A stretch of 32,000 nucleotides of DNA from Dickeya dadantii NCPPB 898. Lineage in GTDB: Bacteria; Pseudomonadota; Gammaproteobacteria; Enterobacterales; Enterobacteriaceae. This document shows, piece after piece, positions 20,401 to 27,989 of the stretch. The stretch spans positions 1,765,117 through 1,797,116 of the forward strand of contig NZ_CM001976.1 in assembly GCF_000406145.1 (NCBI RefSeq), given 5' to 3'. A program made the position numbers and the translations under genes. Numbering within the stretch: position 1 is the stretch's first letter; each line of letters begins with the position of its first letter. The notes under the pieces are model-generated. The model was not told where the DNA came from and did not search any database. It worked only from the letters and a program-made list of their open reading frames with translations.

Positions 20401-23400
20401 TGATACGTCCCGATGGCAAGCCATCGTCCAGCAGGTTACGGAAGAAATGCCGGTTTTGAAGAGCCGCTACTTCACGCTAAACGGGTCATTTTGGCAGTGT
20501 GTCGATAGTGAGTTGTTGTTAGACTACCGTATCATCGTAGGGGACGACCTCAGTAATGTCCTGGCGCATAACGCTCAGCAGCCATTTGATTTATTTGATT
20601 ATGCGGTACGCCATCTGCTCTTTCGGCACCAGACTACGGGAAACTATACTGCGATTATTACCTGTCATCATATTGTTCTGGATGCCCATTCAGCACACCG
20701 TTTCTTCCAGCGTATGGCTGCTGTTTATCAGGGCGAGTTGGCTACCAGTCAGCAGATATCACCGCATGCGGCATTTCACGATGCCGTAGTCAGACGTATT
20801 GCACGTTTCGATCATGAGGAGGTGACCAGGTACTGGACGCAAGCGACCAGAGAGGTAGAACCGTTGGTGCAGGCTCGCTCTTCGCGTAATGAGGTCAGAC
20901 GACCACGTCTGGAAACGACGTGTTTCAACCGCATGCATGCTGAACATATTAAGCGGCATTGTGCTGAACTTGGCGTAGGGCTGGCAACGTATTTTCATGC
21001 GTTGCTTGGTATCTTACTGGCACGATTCTACCAACCGGAAAGTGATTTTATTCTGTTTAATGTCTTGGCCGGGCGTGAAAAACATGAGTTAGACGTTGCG
21101 GGTTGTTTATATCAAGTTCAGCCGCAGGTGTTTGCCCACTCACTTTTTTCCTCGCCTGAAAGCAGCTTTACGGCAATAGCATTGCAACTTTCACAGATGC
21201 ATCGTGCGACAAGAGCATACAAAGACATCTCTGTTTTTACACAGAGACAGATTCTGGGTCAGGAAGGCATCCGTTTCTATACGAATTTCTATAACTTTGG
21301 CGAGCTCCACCGTGGTGAACATCATGCACACTTGGCCGTGCATGAGTCATATGAAGCTAGTGAAGTGCATTTCATTATTGAAGAATCGTCTGTGGGTATT
21401 GATATCCGTCTCGCCTTTGATGAGGGAATGTGGCAGTCAGCACGATTGCTGGAACGAATGGCATATCTGTCTGAACAAGTGCTTGCCGGTGATAAGGTGC
21501 TAGGTGATTTTGAGATAGCACTTGCTGATGAGGTTAACGTAATAACCCATCACTGGAACCAGGATTTAGTACCTCAGCAATGCGATATAGCCAGTCTGGT
21601 CGATTTATTTTCGCAACAAGCACAACAGAGACCGCAGGCTATAGCCGTTCGTCATAATGGTGAGGAAATGAGCTATGGTGAGCTGGAGTATCGGGCAAAC
21701 AAACTCGCATTCTATCTGCGTAGTAGAGGAACGACGGCGAATCGTTTGGTCGGCTTGTTACTTAATCCCTCGTTTAACACAATTATTGGTTTGCTGGGGA
21801 TCCTCAAGGCAGGCGGAGCTTATTTGCCGATAGACTCCCGATATCCGAGTGAACGGGTTCATTTCATGTTGCAGGATGCTGGGGTTGAAGTCTTGGTAAC
21901 CGAAAGCGTGTTGCAAGAGCAATCCCCGATACCTGCTGGTATTAGTGTGATTACACTGGATACCGATTGGGATAACATTGAAAGGGAAGAGGGAATGCAT
22001 GATAGCCTACAGATTGCCCCTGACCAACTGGCGTATGTCATTTATACATCGGGGTCCACTGGGGTGCCTAAAGGTGTCATGCTCACTCATGCTAATGTCG
22101 TCAGACTATTTAGCCAAACTGCAGAATGGTTCCATTTTAATGAGCAGGATGTCTGGACACTGTTTCACTCTGTTGCCTTTGACTTCTCGGTTTGGGAAAT
22201 ATGGGGGGCACTGTTGCATGGTGGAACGCTAGTAGTAGTAGACCCATCCATCACGCGTTCTCCAAATGATTTTTTTTCATTGCTGAGGAAGGAAAAAGTC
22301 ACCGTACTTAATCAAACACCTTCTGCTTTTGCACAATTAGTCCAGGCTGACCTAAAACAACCTGTAGCCAATGAGCTTGCCCTACGTTATGTCATTTTTG
22401 GTGGAGAAGCGCTGAATTACACCACTCTGCAACCTTGGGTTGATCGTTATGGATACAACAAACCGCAACTAATCAACATGTATGGTATCACCGAGACAAC
22501 AGTACATGTGACCTGGAAGTTGATTACCGCCTCGGATCTTGTTCAAGGGACGGTGAGTAATATTGGCAGACCTATTCCTGATTTGAAGTTATATCTTTTC
22601 GATCAATTTGGTAAATTGACCCCACCTGGTGCGATCGGAGAGCTATATATTGGTGGTCCCGGTCTTGCAAAGGGATATTTGAATCAGCCAGAGTTAACCG
22701 CCACACGGTTTAGCGAAAATCTTGTTTTGCAGGAACGATTGTACAAAACCGGTGATATCGGACGCTGGTTACCTGCTGGAGAAATAGAATATCTCGGGCG
22801 GTCTGATCAGCAGGTGAAAATTCGTGGCTTCCGTATGGAACTGGGTGAGGTTGAAAGTCAATTTCGTAAAATTACAGGGATAGATGATGTCGCAGTGGTG
22901 GCAAGAAAGAATTGCGATAGTGAAGTAGAATTAGTCGCTTACCTTGTTACAGCAGTTTCTATCCCACGTGCTGAAATAAAACAGCAATTAGAGAAGACTC
23001 TACCTTATTATATGATTCCTTCTGCTTTAGTCATGATGAAAACGCTGCCGCTTACCGTGAATGGAAAACTGGATCGCAGAGCGTTACCTGAACCAGATGA
23101 GTCGGCACGTCGAGCATCTTCGCACTTTGTTCCGCCGCAAAATGATATCCAGGAATTAATGGCACAGGCGTGGTGCGAAGTGTTATCGGTTGAAAAGGTA
23201 GGAATAGATGATAATTTTTATGAATTAGGCGGGCATTCGCTGAAACTCGTGGGCCTTCAGACAAGGCTTAATTTGAAATTGAGGGGAAGAACTCCCCCCG
23301 TTGAAATAATAAATTTATTCCAGTATCCCACTATTCGAGGATTATCCGATTTTCTCGCAAAAGAAAAATCAGTAATCACCGAGCCTAGACAGGTAAATCA

Positions 23401-23470
23401 GGTGGAAAATAGAGCTGATAAAAGAAGAAAACTGACTGAAAAACGGCGAAGTTACGTCAATAGGACCTAG
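14474..23470 (+). CDS. Hybrid NRPS/PKS-like megasynthetase: (rest of pseudo-A)-FAAL-like acyl-AMP ligase-KR-T-C-C'-A(Thr)-T; probably continuous with 13462-14439
   Basis: This frame is open from 14372, and TTG 14474 is only the ORF-track start. The pseudo-A remainder lacks the A7 Asp (VATGL) and the A10 Lys (LNNGYVDD). FAAL-like ligase: TSGSTGKPK 15770-15796, FGMAEV, NTGDLGF..GREKELIIIYGTNYYCHEIEE, TSGKIQR. PKS-type KR: TGGTGGIG 17678-17701 and YSAAN 18104-18118. T: GGHS, Ser 18707-18709. C: HHIAADA 19286-19306. C': HHIVLDA 20666-20686. A: YTSGSTGVPKG 22043-22075, code DFWNIGMVHK (the canonical Thr code). T: GGHS, Ser 23237-23239. There is no TE or R domain. Confidence 0.9.
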   Translation: MNLMPTRTSLRRGRLSLGTPRIGRAALLDPQGHEVEEEMVGEMHLWDGCQLVATGLKAELSAEGEWLWVENQAKNLMITGQHICDTNQIIAALVTCHEVADAVVLITQMPNGCAEPVAYVVLADDRASTEELGHKLCFEMPYGQPMLNIIAVTAIPLNNGYVDDSALLKMPLISPARIRVIEAHIGEQAGVASVGSIVVPHQDESGHLALEDVFPKETINYAQAVVGQREKYGNANTQVPATTDMTTGNKPLAWQRGGELVIPQTCPRDLSTALQQTAHRYPDKGLTFVDANGTNTFLSYPDLVCRAKNILGGLQRYGFHPGARVILQIDNLADHFSAFWACMLGGIIPATVAIAPSYQQENGVVAKVWHTWTLLEKPLILTTEHLQPELQQMCALYPMEGGTILTVEALESLQQAGEIHKVQPGDLAFFQLTSGSTGKPKCIQEIHEKIIRHINAGKQYNGYDADDISLNWLHLDHVVPILTSHLKDVYLGCSQLHVDTDYVLDDPLRWLDLIEKHRVTHSWSPNFGFRLVSEALKPNRNRQWKLDSLRFLMNAGEQVTLPVISDFLDATRPFGVTEQVMQPAFGMAEVCTCMTFCNNFDRDINAVRVVKASLRGDLVFTREVHRSDVLTFVSSGHIVNGVEMRIVNEHNVCLPEAVIGRFQIRGGVVTPGYLNNSQANTESFVGDGWFNTGDLGFILNGELFITGREKELIIIYGTNYYCHEIEEIVGRNNGVLPTFTAATSIQDEVIGTESLVIFFVSETDDVAQQMQIIQAIRTSVTATMGISPRVVLPLEKSTFLKTTSGKIQRDIMRNAYLNGLYDEQVKRIDMALGNDNTLPDQFLCRKWITRQRSANVARSVKMAIVFGTAEGVGGNLVSLIHAEGGVAVLVEAGRRFEKLSNLHYVIDAGRVEDFTSVFSDLSESPTHLIQAWPFDIALERDTGVYGLIRLLNAVDRSAMSLRSLALITHHAWPVLASDRAVPENAAFAGILQTLALERPDLRCFHVDFDTVATPSVVAKAFWQELTGEAFAREVAYRNGERKVPLLTAIDMQQGQLPLPIREKGHYLVTGGTGGIGSLVTQMLVEQFNAKVLVVSRSASASDPGRMTLRPEKRGNLLFASVEVADTEALQAAVSKAEAHWGALITGVFHFAGVMDERLLEDETPETLARVFASKVSGAQSLLEIFSTRANSFLVLSSSVNGTFGGFGAGAYSAANAWLDALPSAAASANISIYSVAWSQWRNIGISHGSPFNKLAEAKGFQSLGAKQGLVSLLAVLCREPGTTLVGLNPAKRYVASRVSNVMQPAERLRCYYTGIAQPAAVMAALPRNDLSDAFGAISCFDLNWLETMPIDSTGTPDKASLRRIAVSKGALLATFQEPESPTEKALASIWEELLNTNKTSVLDNFFEQGGHSLLATQLISRIRRYFGIEVRIDSLFANPTLRELASQIDAARTSVISTDSTAELHRYQRKHLVPLSFAQERLWFLNQLNPGNPFYNIQQLIRITGHLDATDVEMAFKKLAQRQAVLRTTFQVIDDSPVQVVNDINQQGMFDFQYITYDGENGRVKWRETVAHESQYGFDLTHGPVFRVRLLRITSNEHFLLFTVHHIAADAWSVSILIREFMAYFQEIELPTLPIEYTDFSIWQREWLVGKEYDQQLQYWMQHLDGYSGVLEIPSDFTRPGMPSYQGEKLQFRLSSSQHQKLGELSQQWGVTPHMILFSLFNVLLKKYSGADDIVVGMPIANRNRAEVEQLIGFFVNTLAIRNNLSSDPTFEHFVADVRTGLLEAYAYQDMPFEKLVNELHLERQLDRQPLCQVMFVMQNVPAQAIDLDGFEFELMDSPHTIAKYDLTLSFIAVNGEYHGALEYSTDLFSHESMQRMINVWSLMLTSALDNPLQQLSALIAQQHGGDIPAWPFAASISLPSVTDDDYIRALLLSQSAIQRVTPLSPVQRDLYLDYLHNPTSGQYGLTYSVDLGTHIDTSRWQAIVQQVTEEMPVLKSRYFTLNGSFWQCVDSELLLDYRIIVGDDLSNVLAHNAQQPFDLFDYAVRHLLFRHQTTGNYTAIITCHHIVLDAHSAHRFFQRMAAVYQGELATSQQISPHAAFHDAVVRRIARFDHEEVTRYWTQATREVEPLVQARSSRNEVRRPRLETTCFNRMHAEHIKRHCAELGVGLATYFHALLGILLARFYQPESDFILFNVLAGREKHELDVAGCLYQVQPQVFAHSLFSSPESSFTAIALQLSQMHRATRAYKDISVFTQRQILGQEGIRFYTNFYNFGELHRGEHHAHLAVHESYEASEVHFIIEESSVGIDIRLAFDEGMWQSARLLERMAYLSEQVLAGDKVLGDFEIALADEVNVITHHWNQDLVPQQCDIASLVDLFSQQAQQRPQAIAVRHNGEEMSYGELEYRANKLAFYLRSRGTTANRLVGLLLNPSFNTIIGLLGILKAGGAYLPIDSRYPSERVHFMLQDAGVEVLVTESVLQEQSPIPAGISVITLDTDWDNIEREEGMHDSLQIAPDQLAYVIYTSGSTGVPKGVMLTHANVVRLFSQTAEWFHFNEQDVWTLFHSVAFDFSVWEIWGALLHGGTLVVVDPSITRSPNDFFSLLRKEKVTVLNQTPSAFAQLVQADLKQPVANELALRYVIFGGEALNYTTLQPWVDRYGYNKPQLINMYGITETTVHVTWKLITASDLVQGTVSNIGRPIPDLKLYLFDQFGKLTPPGAIGELYIGGPGLAKGYLNQPELTATRFSENLVLQERLYKTGDIGRWLPAGEIEYLGRSDQQVKIRGFRMELGEVESQFRKITGIDDVAVVARKNCDSEVELVAYLVTAVSIPRAEIKQQLEKTLPYYMIPSALVMMKTLPLTVNGKLDRRALPEPDESARRASSHFVPPQNDIQELMAQAWCEVLSVEKVGIDDNFYELGGHSLKLVGLQTRLNLKLRGRTPPVEIINLFQYPTIRGLSDFLAKEKSVITEPRQVNQVENRADKRRKLTEKRRSYVNRT

Positions 23471-23509
23471 GTGGAATAGTAATTCCTTAATTTACTTTAT
23501 CGTTATAAT

Positions 23510-23541
23510 TTGTCAGACTCGAAAAATTTTCGGCCTGACAA
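23510..23541 (+). terminator. Imperfect hairpin downstream of the megasynthetase stop; weak terminator candidate
   Basis: TTGTCAG (23510-23516) pairs with CTGACAA (23535-23541), with inner CGAAAA/TTTTCG pairing. The trailing sequence TCTATAATTTATT is only moderately T-rich. Confidence 0.3.
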
Positions 23542-23546
23542 TCTAT

Positions 23547-23560
23547 AATTTATTGTGTGG
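23547..23560. repeat. Copy 1 of a 14-bp direct repeat AATTTATTGTGTGG
   Basis: Exact match to 23658-23671, and it overlaps a consensus TATAAT at 23544-23549. Confidence 0.8.
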
Positions 23561-23657
23561 TCATGGATTGCGACGACAGGTTTGTTTTATTTTTGTGAAT
23601 AATAGATAGTTAATTTCTTCATGAAGTTAATGTCGTTATTGCATGATTAAAAAAGGC

Positions 23658-23671
23658 AATTTATTGTGTGG
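23658..23671. repeat. Copy 2 of the 14-bp direct repeat AATTTATTGTGTGG, spanning the GTG start of the M28 gene
   Basis: Exact match to 23547-23560. It contains GTG 23666-23668. Confidence 0.8.
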
Positions 23672-25972
23672 AAAAGAAGTGGCTGTACACAAGCGACAAT
23701 TATACAACGATTCAGTCAGGTTGGTTTTTTAATCGTATTGCCTATGGTGGTATTATTAACACTATGGCAGGCAAAACCACCTGAGCCTAAATTAGCTAAC
23801 GCACCTGCGAACGTTTTTTCTGCAGAACGAGCACTAGCTATAATAAAAGATATCGCCAGGGAACCACGCCCAACAGGTTCGAAAGAAAATGAGCGAGTAC
23901 GGCAATATCTTATTACCAGACTAAAAAGTATGGGGCTGACACCAGAAACACAATCGGGTATTGCCTATTCCGATGGTGCTTTCACCAGTGTCGCTGTAGT
24001 AACAAATGTGGTCGTGCGTCTAAAAGGAACGGTTAGTCATAAAGCGGTACTTCTGATGGCGCATTATGACTCTGTTGAAACGGGGCCTGGAGCGAGTGAT
24101 GATGGTGCCGGAGTGGCGACAGAATTGGAAACGCTGCGGGCATTAATGCAGGGACCTGCGTTAAAAAATGACGTTATCTTTCTTTTTACTGATGGGGAAG
24201 AACCTGGCAGTCTCGGTGCTCAGCTTTTCTGGCATCATCATCTCTGGCGCGATGATGTTGGTGTTGTATTAAACTTCGAGGCTCGTGGAGCGAGTGGTGC
24301 TTCGCTAATGTTTCAAACTAGCGAACAAAATGGATGGCTTATAAAACAATTCGCCCAGGCTGGTCTTCATCCGGTCAGCAATTCGCTGATGGGGGATCTA
24401 TATCGCTATATGCCAAATGGCACAGATCTTTCTGTCTCGAATGAGAAAAAAGTGTCAGGAATGAACTTTGCCTTTGGGGGAAACTGGCCGATTTATCACA
24501 CTAGCAGGGATCGTGTTGAAAATATTGATCTGTCTTCTCTGCAACATCATGGTGATAATGCGCTTAATTTAAGTAGTAAATTAGGTAACACAGACCTTTC
24601 GCAAACGAAAGATACGGATGCTTCATATTTTAATGCATTCGGATTGTTGATCCATTATCCACAATCTTGGGTGAAATGGATTACGAGTGGTATAATATTA
24701 CTAGCCGTCATTTTATTAATTCGCGGTGTAGAGCAACATCGTTTGTCTCTAAAAAAGATAGTACAGGCGACATTTATCCAGCTATGCGGAATCATTATTA
24801 TCCCAGCTCTAGTCCTTGGTCTTTGGTTGGTAATTGAGGCGTTATGGGCAGGGAAAATGTATGCCCCCATGGGAGGGCTGTATGATAATCTACTATATGA
24901 GGGTGGATTCGTCACTCTGACGGTTGCGCTGACAGTTGTGATGCTAGGGCGTGGTCAACAGCGCTTTGGTCTACTTAATATGTTGAGTGGTGGCCTGCTT
25001 ATTTGGTCTCTGCTTATTTTGTGTGTGGCATATTTACTCCCCGGTGGGAGCGATTTCTTTAGCTGGTCGTTACTGTCCAGCTTACTCGTATTTGGTTGTG
25101 CCCTGAACAGTAGGCAACCACAAACTGTACTTAGCCACCCGGTATCAATGCTGGTTGTGACATTACCAGTCGTTTTTTTTCTGACTTCAATTCTCAACCT
25201 ATTTTTTATTTTTCTCTCTGCAACGATTAATGCCTGTGCGATGGCTCTGGTCGTATTAGCTTTGCAATTGCTGCTGGCCCCATTATCTGTGTTGATGGCC
25301 CCCCGATTTTGGCTGTTGCCTGGGATTGCCATGCTGATAACCGTTATATTATTTAGTTGTGCTTTTTTCCGAGGACAGCCAGATAGCGACAGACCAAAAG
25401 GGAATAATATCTCTTATTACTTGAATGCTGACACAGGGGAGGCGAAATGGGTCAGTTGGAGCGAGGTTACAGATGAATATCTTGAACAGTTTCTGCCACA
25501 TCCGCAAAGAGATATGGCTACTCAGGTATTGCCCTTTGCTTTTGCAGATAAAAAGCTACTAACGGGGAATGCAACGGCTGTGCCTTTATCCGCAGCAGAA
25601 GTGCAGCTCGATAACCAACAGGTTGATGCTGACGGTATACGTAAGATCCGCGTGGTTGTGACGTCAAAACGTAAACTCAGCAGATATCTGCTCCAGATTA
25701 ATAATCCCAATATTGACCATATAACTTTAAATGGTTTCATTTTAGAAAATAATAGTCACGTCAATCCATGGTGCATTGAGTATCTCGCACCAGGAGAGTA
25801 CCCATTGGTAATATCTCTTGGTTCAATGAGGAAAACAAAATTGATCGTATCTGAAGTGATCGATGGTTTACCTGTCATCCCGAGCAAAATGTATATGCCA
25901 AGAACAGAATTATTTATTCCTCAGCGATTCTTTGATCACTCAACAATAGTGAGCAAAACATTCGAATTTTAA
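23666..25972 (+). CDS. Polytopic membrane M28-family zinc (amino)peptidase with ERMP1/Fxna-like architecture
   Basis: N-terminal anchor helix (VGFLIVLPMVVLLTLW). M28 ligand motif series: HYD (24062-24070), DDGAG, TDGEEPG, NFEARG, YHTSRD. About 8-9 hydrophobic helices follow (aa ~330-570), then a ~190-aa C-terminal soluble domain. GTG start with AAGG ~9 nt upstream. Confidence 0.8.
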   Translation: MWKRSGCTQATIIQRFSQVGFLIVLPMVVLLTLWQAKPPEPKLANAPANVFSAERALAIIKDIAREPRPTGSKENERVRQYLITRLKSMGLTPETQSGIAYSDGAFTSVAVVTNVVVRLKGTVSHKAVLLMAHYDSVETGPGASDDGAGVATELETLRALMQGPALKNDVIFLFTDGEEPGSLGAQLFWHHHLWRDDVGVVLNFEARGASGASLMFQTSEQNGWLIKQFAQAGLHPVSNSLMGDLYRYMPNGTDLSVSNEKKVSGMNFAFGGNWPIYHTSRDRVENIDLSSLQHHGDNALNLSSKLGNTDLSQTKDTDASYFNAFGLLIHYPQSWVKWITSGIILLAVILLIRGVEQHRLSLKKIVQATFIQLCGIIIIPALVLGLWLVIEALWAGKMYAPMGGLYDNLLYEGGFVTLTVALTVVMLGRGQQRFGLLNMLSGGLLIWSLLILCVAYLLPGGSDFFSWSLLSSLLVFGCALNSRQPQTVLSHPVSMLVVTLPVVFFLTSILNLFFIFLSATINACAMALVVLALQLLLAPLSVLMAPRFWLLPGIAMLITVILFSCAFFRGQPDSDRPKGNNISYYLNADTGEAKWVSWSEVTDEYLEQFLPHPQRDMATQVLPFAFADKKLLTGNATAVPLSAAEVQLDNQQVDADGIRKIRVVVTSKRKLSRYLLQINNPNIDHITLNGFILENNSHVNPWCIEYLAPGEYPLVISLGSMRKTKLIVSEVIDGLPVIPSKMYMPRTELFIPQRFFDHSTIVSKTFEF

Positions 25973-26023
25973 CGTATTGTTTATAGTGTAAAGATAATAT
26001 TAACATTTATGGAGGTAAAATAA

Positions 26024-26983
26024 ATGCTGGAAAAACTGCATGCATTAAAGCATCTAATTGGGAATACTCCATTAGTACCATTGAAACATGATAAGATTAA
26101 TCTTTTTACCAAGTTAGAATATCAAAATCTATCTGGAAGCGTGAAAATTAGACCTGCATTTTACATTCTGGATGCAGCAATTAGTCGTGGAAATATCCGC
26201 CCTAACTCTTCCATAATAGAATCATCTTCTGGGAATTTTGCTATTGCACTGGGAACATTATGCAAGCAACTAGGCATTACCTTTATTCCGGTTATCGATC
26301 CTAACATTAATTCTATTTATGAAAATGTACTGTTTTCTTTAACAAACCGAGTGGAAAAGGTGAAAGAGCGTGACGAAACAAAAGGATTCTTACTTACCCG
26401 GTTACGTCGGGTAAGAGAACTAATGGAAGGAACAACGAATGCATTCTGGACTGATCAATATGGTAATCCAGATGCTGTCGATGGCCATTACTATGGACTG
26501 GGTGATGAAATAGCAAGAAGCTTTGATGAGCTGGATTATATTTTTATCGGTGCTGGTTCATGCGGAACACTGGCTGGTGTGTCTAAGCGTCTAAAGGAAA
26601 AGTTTCCAGATATTACGGTTGTTGCCGTTGATACGGTAGGATCTGTTATTTTTGGCGATGAGCCACGTAAGAGATTTATTCCAGGAATTGGTTCCAGTAT
26701 TGTTCCACCAAATCTAAAGAAAGCAAAGGTTGATAAAGTTATGCATGTGTCCGAGTTGGATGCAATTAATGGCTGCCATCAGATACTGGAAAAACATGCT
26801 CTCTTTACAGGAGGGTCGTCTGGTAGTGTATATATGGCAATCCAGACCTATTTCCAAGATAAAAAGTTTAGTAAAAAACCAAATGTTATTTTTATCTGTG
26901 CAGATAATGGTATCCCATATGTGAACACCATTTATAATAAAGAGTGGGTGAATATGTTTAGTGAGGAATGTATTAAAGCATAG
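26024..26983 (+). CDS. sbnA: SbnA-like PLP-dependent enzyme (cysteine-synthase fold; N-(2-amino-2-carboxyethyl)-L-glutamate synthase), first step of L-Dap synthesis
   Basis: GGAGG SD ~9 nt upstream. It aligns by eye along its length with S. aureus SbnA: LEYQNLSGSVKIRPA (PLP Lys codon 26144-26146) against LEYMNPGGSMKDRPA; ESSSGNFAIAL; GFLLTRLRRVRELMEGTTNAFWTDQYGNP; VDTVGSVIFGD; PGIGSS; FTGGSSGS. Confidence 0.85.
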   Translation: MLEKLHALKHLIGNTPLVPLKHDKINLFTKLEYQNLSGSVKIRPAFYILDAAISRGNIRPNSSIIESSSGNFAIALGTLCKQLGITFIPVIDPNINSIYENVLFSLTNRVEKVKERDETKGFLLTRLRRVRELMEGTTNAFWTDQYGNPDAVDGHYYGLGDEIARSFDELDYIFIGAGSCGTLAGVSKRLKEKFPDITVVAVDTVGSVIFGDEPRKRFIPGIGSSIVPPNLKKAKVDKVMHVSELDAINGCHQILEKHALFTGGSSGSVYMAIQTYFQDKKFSKKPNVIFICADNGIPYVNTIYNKEWVNMFSEECIKA

Positions 26984-27020
26984 AGTAGTAACATGATCTT
27001 AATTGACTGGAGAGAAGTAG

Positions 27021-27989
27021 ATGAGATATTTGAATACGGAAAGCATAAAAAAAATTGGTATTGACTGGTTGCAGACTGTTGAAACGATAAAGAATGCAGT
27101 TTTCACTTTATATCATAATGAAGTAGCACAACCAATCAAGCCCTATCTACGATATAGAAACCCGGAAAATCGTATTATTGCAATGCCTGCTTTTATCGGT
27201 GGGAATATCGATATGGCCGGGATTAAATGGATCGCCAGTTTCCCGAAAAATATCCTACATGGCATCCAGCGAGCGCATTCGGTCACGATATTAAATGAAT
27301 CTACAACCGGAAAGCCTCTGGCAGTACTGAACACCGCATTAGTTAGTGGTATTCGCACGGCATCGGTCACTGGATTGATGATCCAAGAATATGCTAAGCG
27401 ATTTCCACTGCATAATGTAACTGTGGGTATTATTGGTTTTGGTCCAATTGGACAATTACATTTGCAGATGATGAGCGAGTTACTAGGGGATAGTATCTCT
27501 CAGGTCCTGCTATACGATCTTTCTGGCGTTAAAAAAGAATTCATTCCTGAAACGATCAGGGAACGTGTCACAATAGTACAAAGCTGGGAAGAGGCGTACC
27601 ACCAGGCAGATATTTTTATTACCTGTACTGTCTCTGCCGGAGGATATATTGATAAAAGACCTAAAGATCGCTCATTGCTACTTAATGTTTCCTTACGTGA
27701 TTTTAAACCGCAGATACTAGATTATACCTCATCGATTATTGTTGATGATTGGGATGAGGTATGTCGGGAAAATACGGATATCGAGTTGATGCATCTGCAG
27801 CGCGGTTTACAAAAAAGTGATACTCAATCGATTACCGAGATCGTCTGCGAAAACAAAATGCATACCTTCCCACCAAACTCGCCGATAATATTCAACCCAA
27901 TGGGAATGGCGATATTTGATGTGGCGATTTCGACTTATTATTACCGAAGAGCAGTGCAAGATGGAGTTGGCGTTGATCTGGATGACTAG
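27021..27989 (+). CDS. sbnB: SbnB-like NAD-dependent dehydrogenase (ornithine cyclodeaminase/mu-crystallin family), second step of L-Dap synthesis
   Basis: GGAGAG SD. QPIKPYLRYRNPENRIIAMPAFIGG..GIKWIASFP matches SbnB QPLKPYLR...RIIAMPSHIGG..GIKWIGS. Also a Rossmann motif IGFGPIG, ITCTVS, and NPMGMAIFD (SbnB: NPMGMAIED). Confidence 0.85.
   Translation: MRYLNTESIKKIGIDWLQTVETIKNAVFTLYHNEVAQPIKPYLRYRNPENRIIAMPAFIGGNIDMAGIKWIASFPKNILHGIQRAHSVTILNESTTGKPLAVLNTALVSGIRTASVTGLMIQEYAKRFPLHNVTVGIIGFGPIGQLHLQMMSELLGDSISQVLLYDLSGVKKEFIPETIRERVTIVQSWEEAYHQADIFITCTVSAGGYIDKRPKDRSLLLNVSLRDFKPQILDYTSSIIVDDWDEVCRENTDIELMHLQRGLQKSDTQSITEIVCENKMHTFPPNSPIIFNPMGMAIFDVAISTYYYRRAVQDGVGVDLDD

Noticed and set aside
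459-23264. Dozens of 60-148-aa ORFs in the track, on the minus strand or out of frame on the plus strand, nested inside the C-domain, thioesterase, transporter and NRPS genes
   Set aside because: Each lies wholly inside a long ORF with strong, ordered domain motifs. Their translations are low-complexity (Ser/Arg/Cys-rich) with no motifs, SDs or independent support. They are typical shadow ORFs.
24655-26924. Minus-strand ORFs 24655-24915, 24955-25332 and 25522-25740, and the out-of-frame + ORF 26730-26924
   Set aside because: They are embedded in the M28 peptidase and SbnA-like genes, which have clear family motifs, and they have no features of their own.
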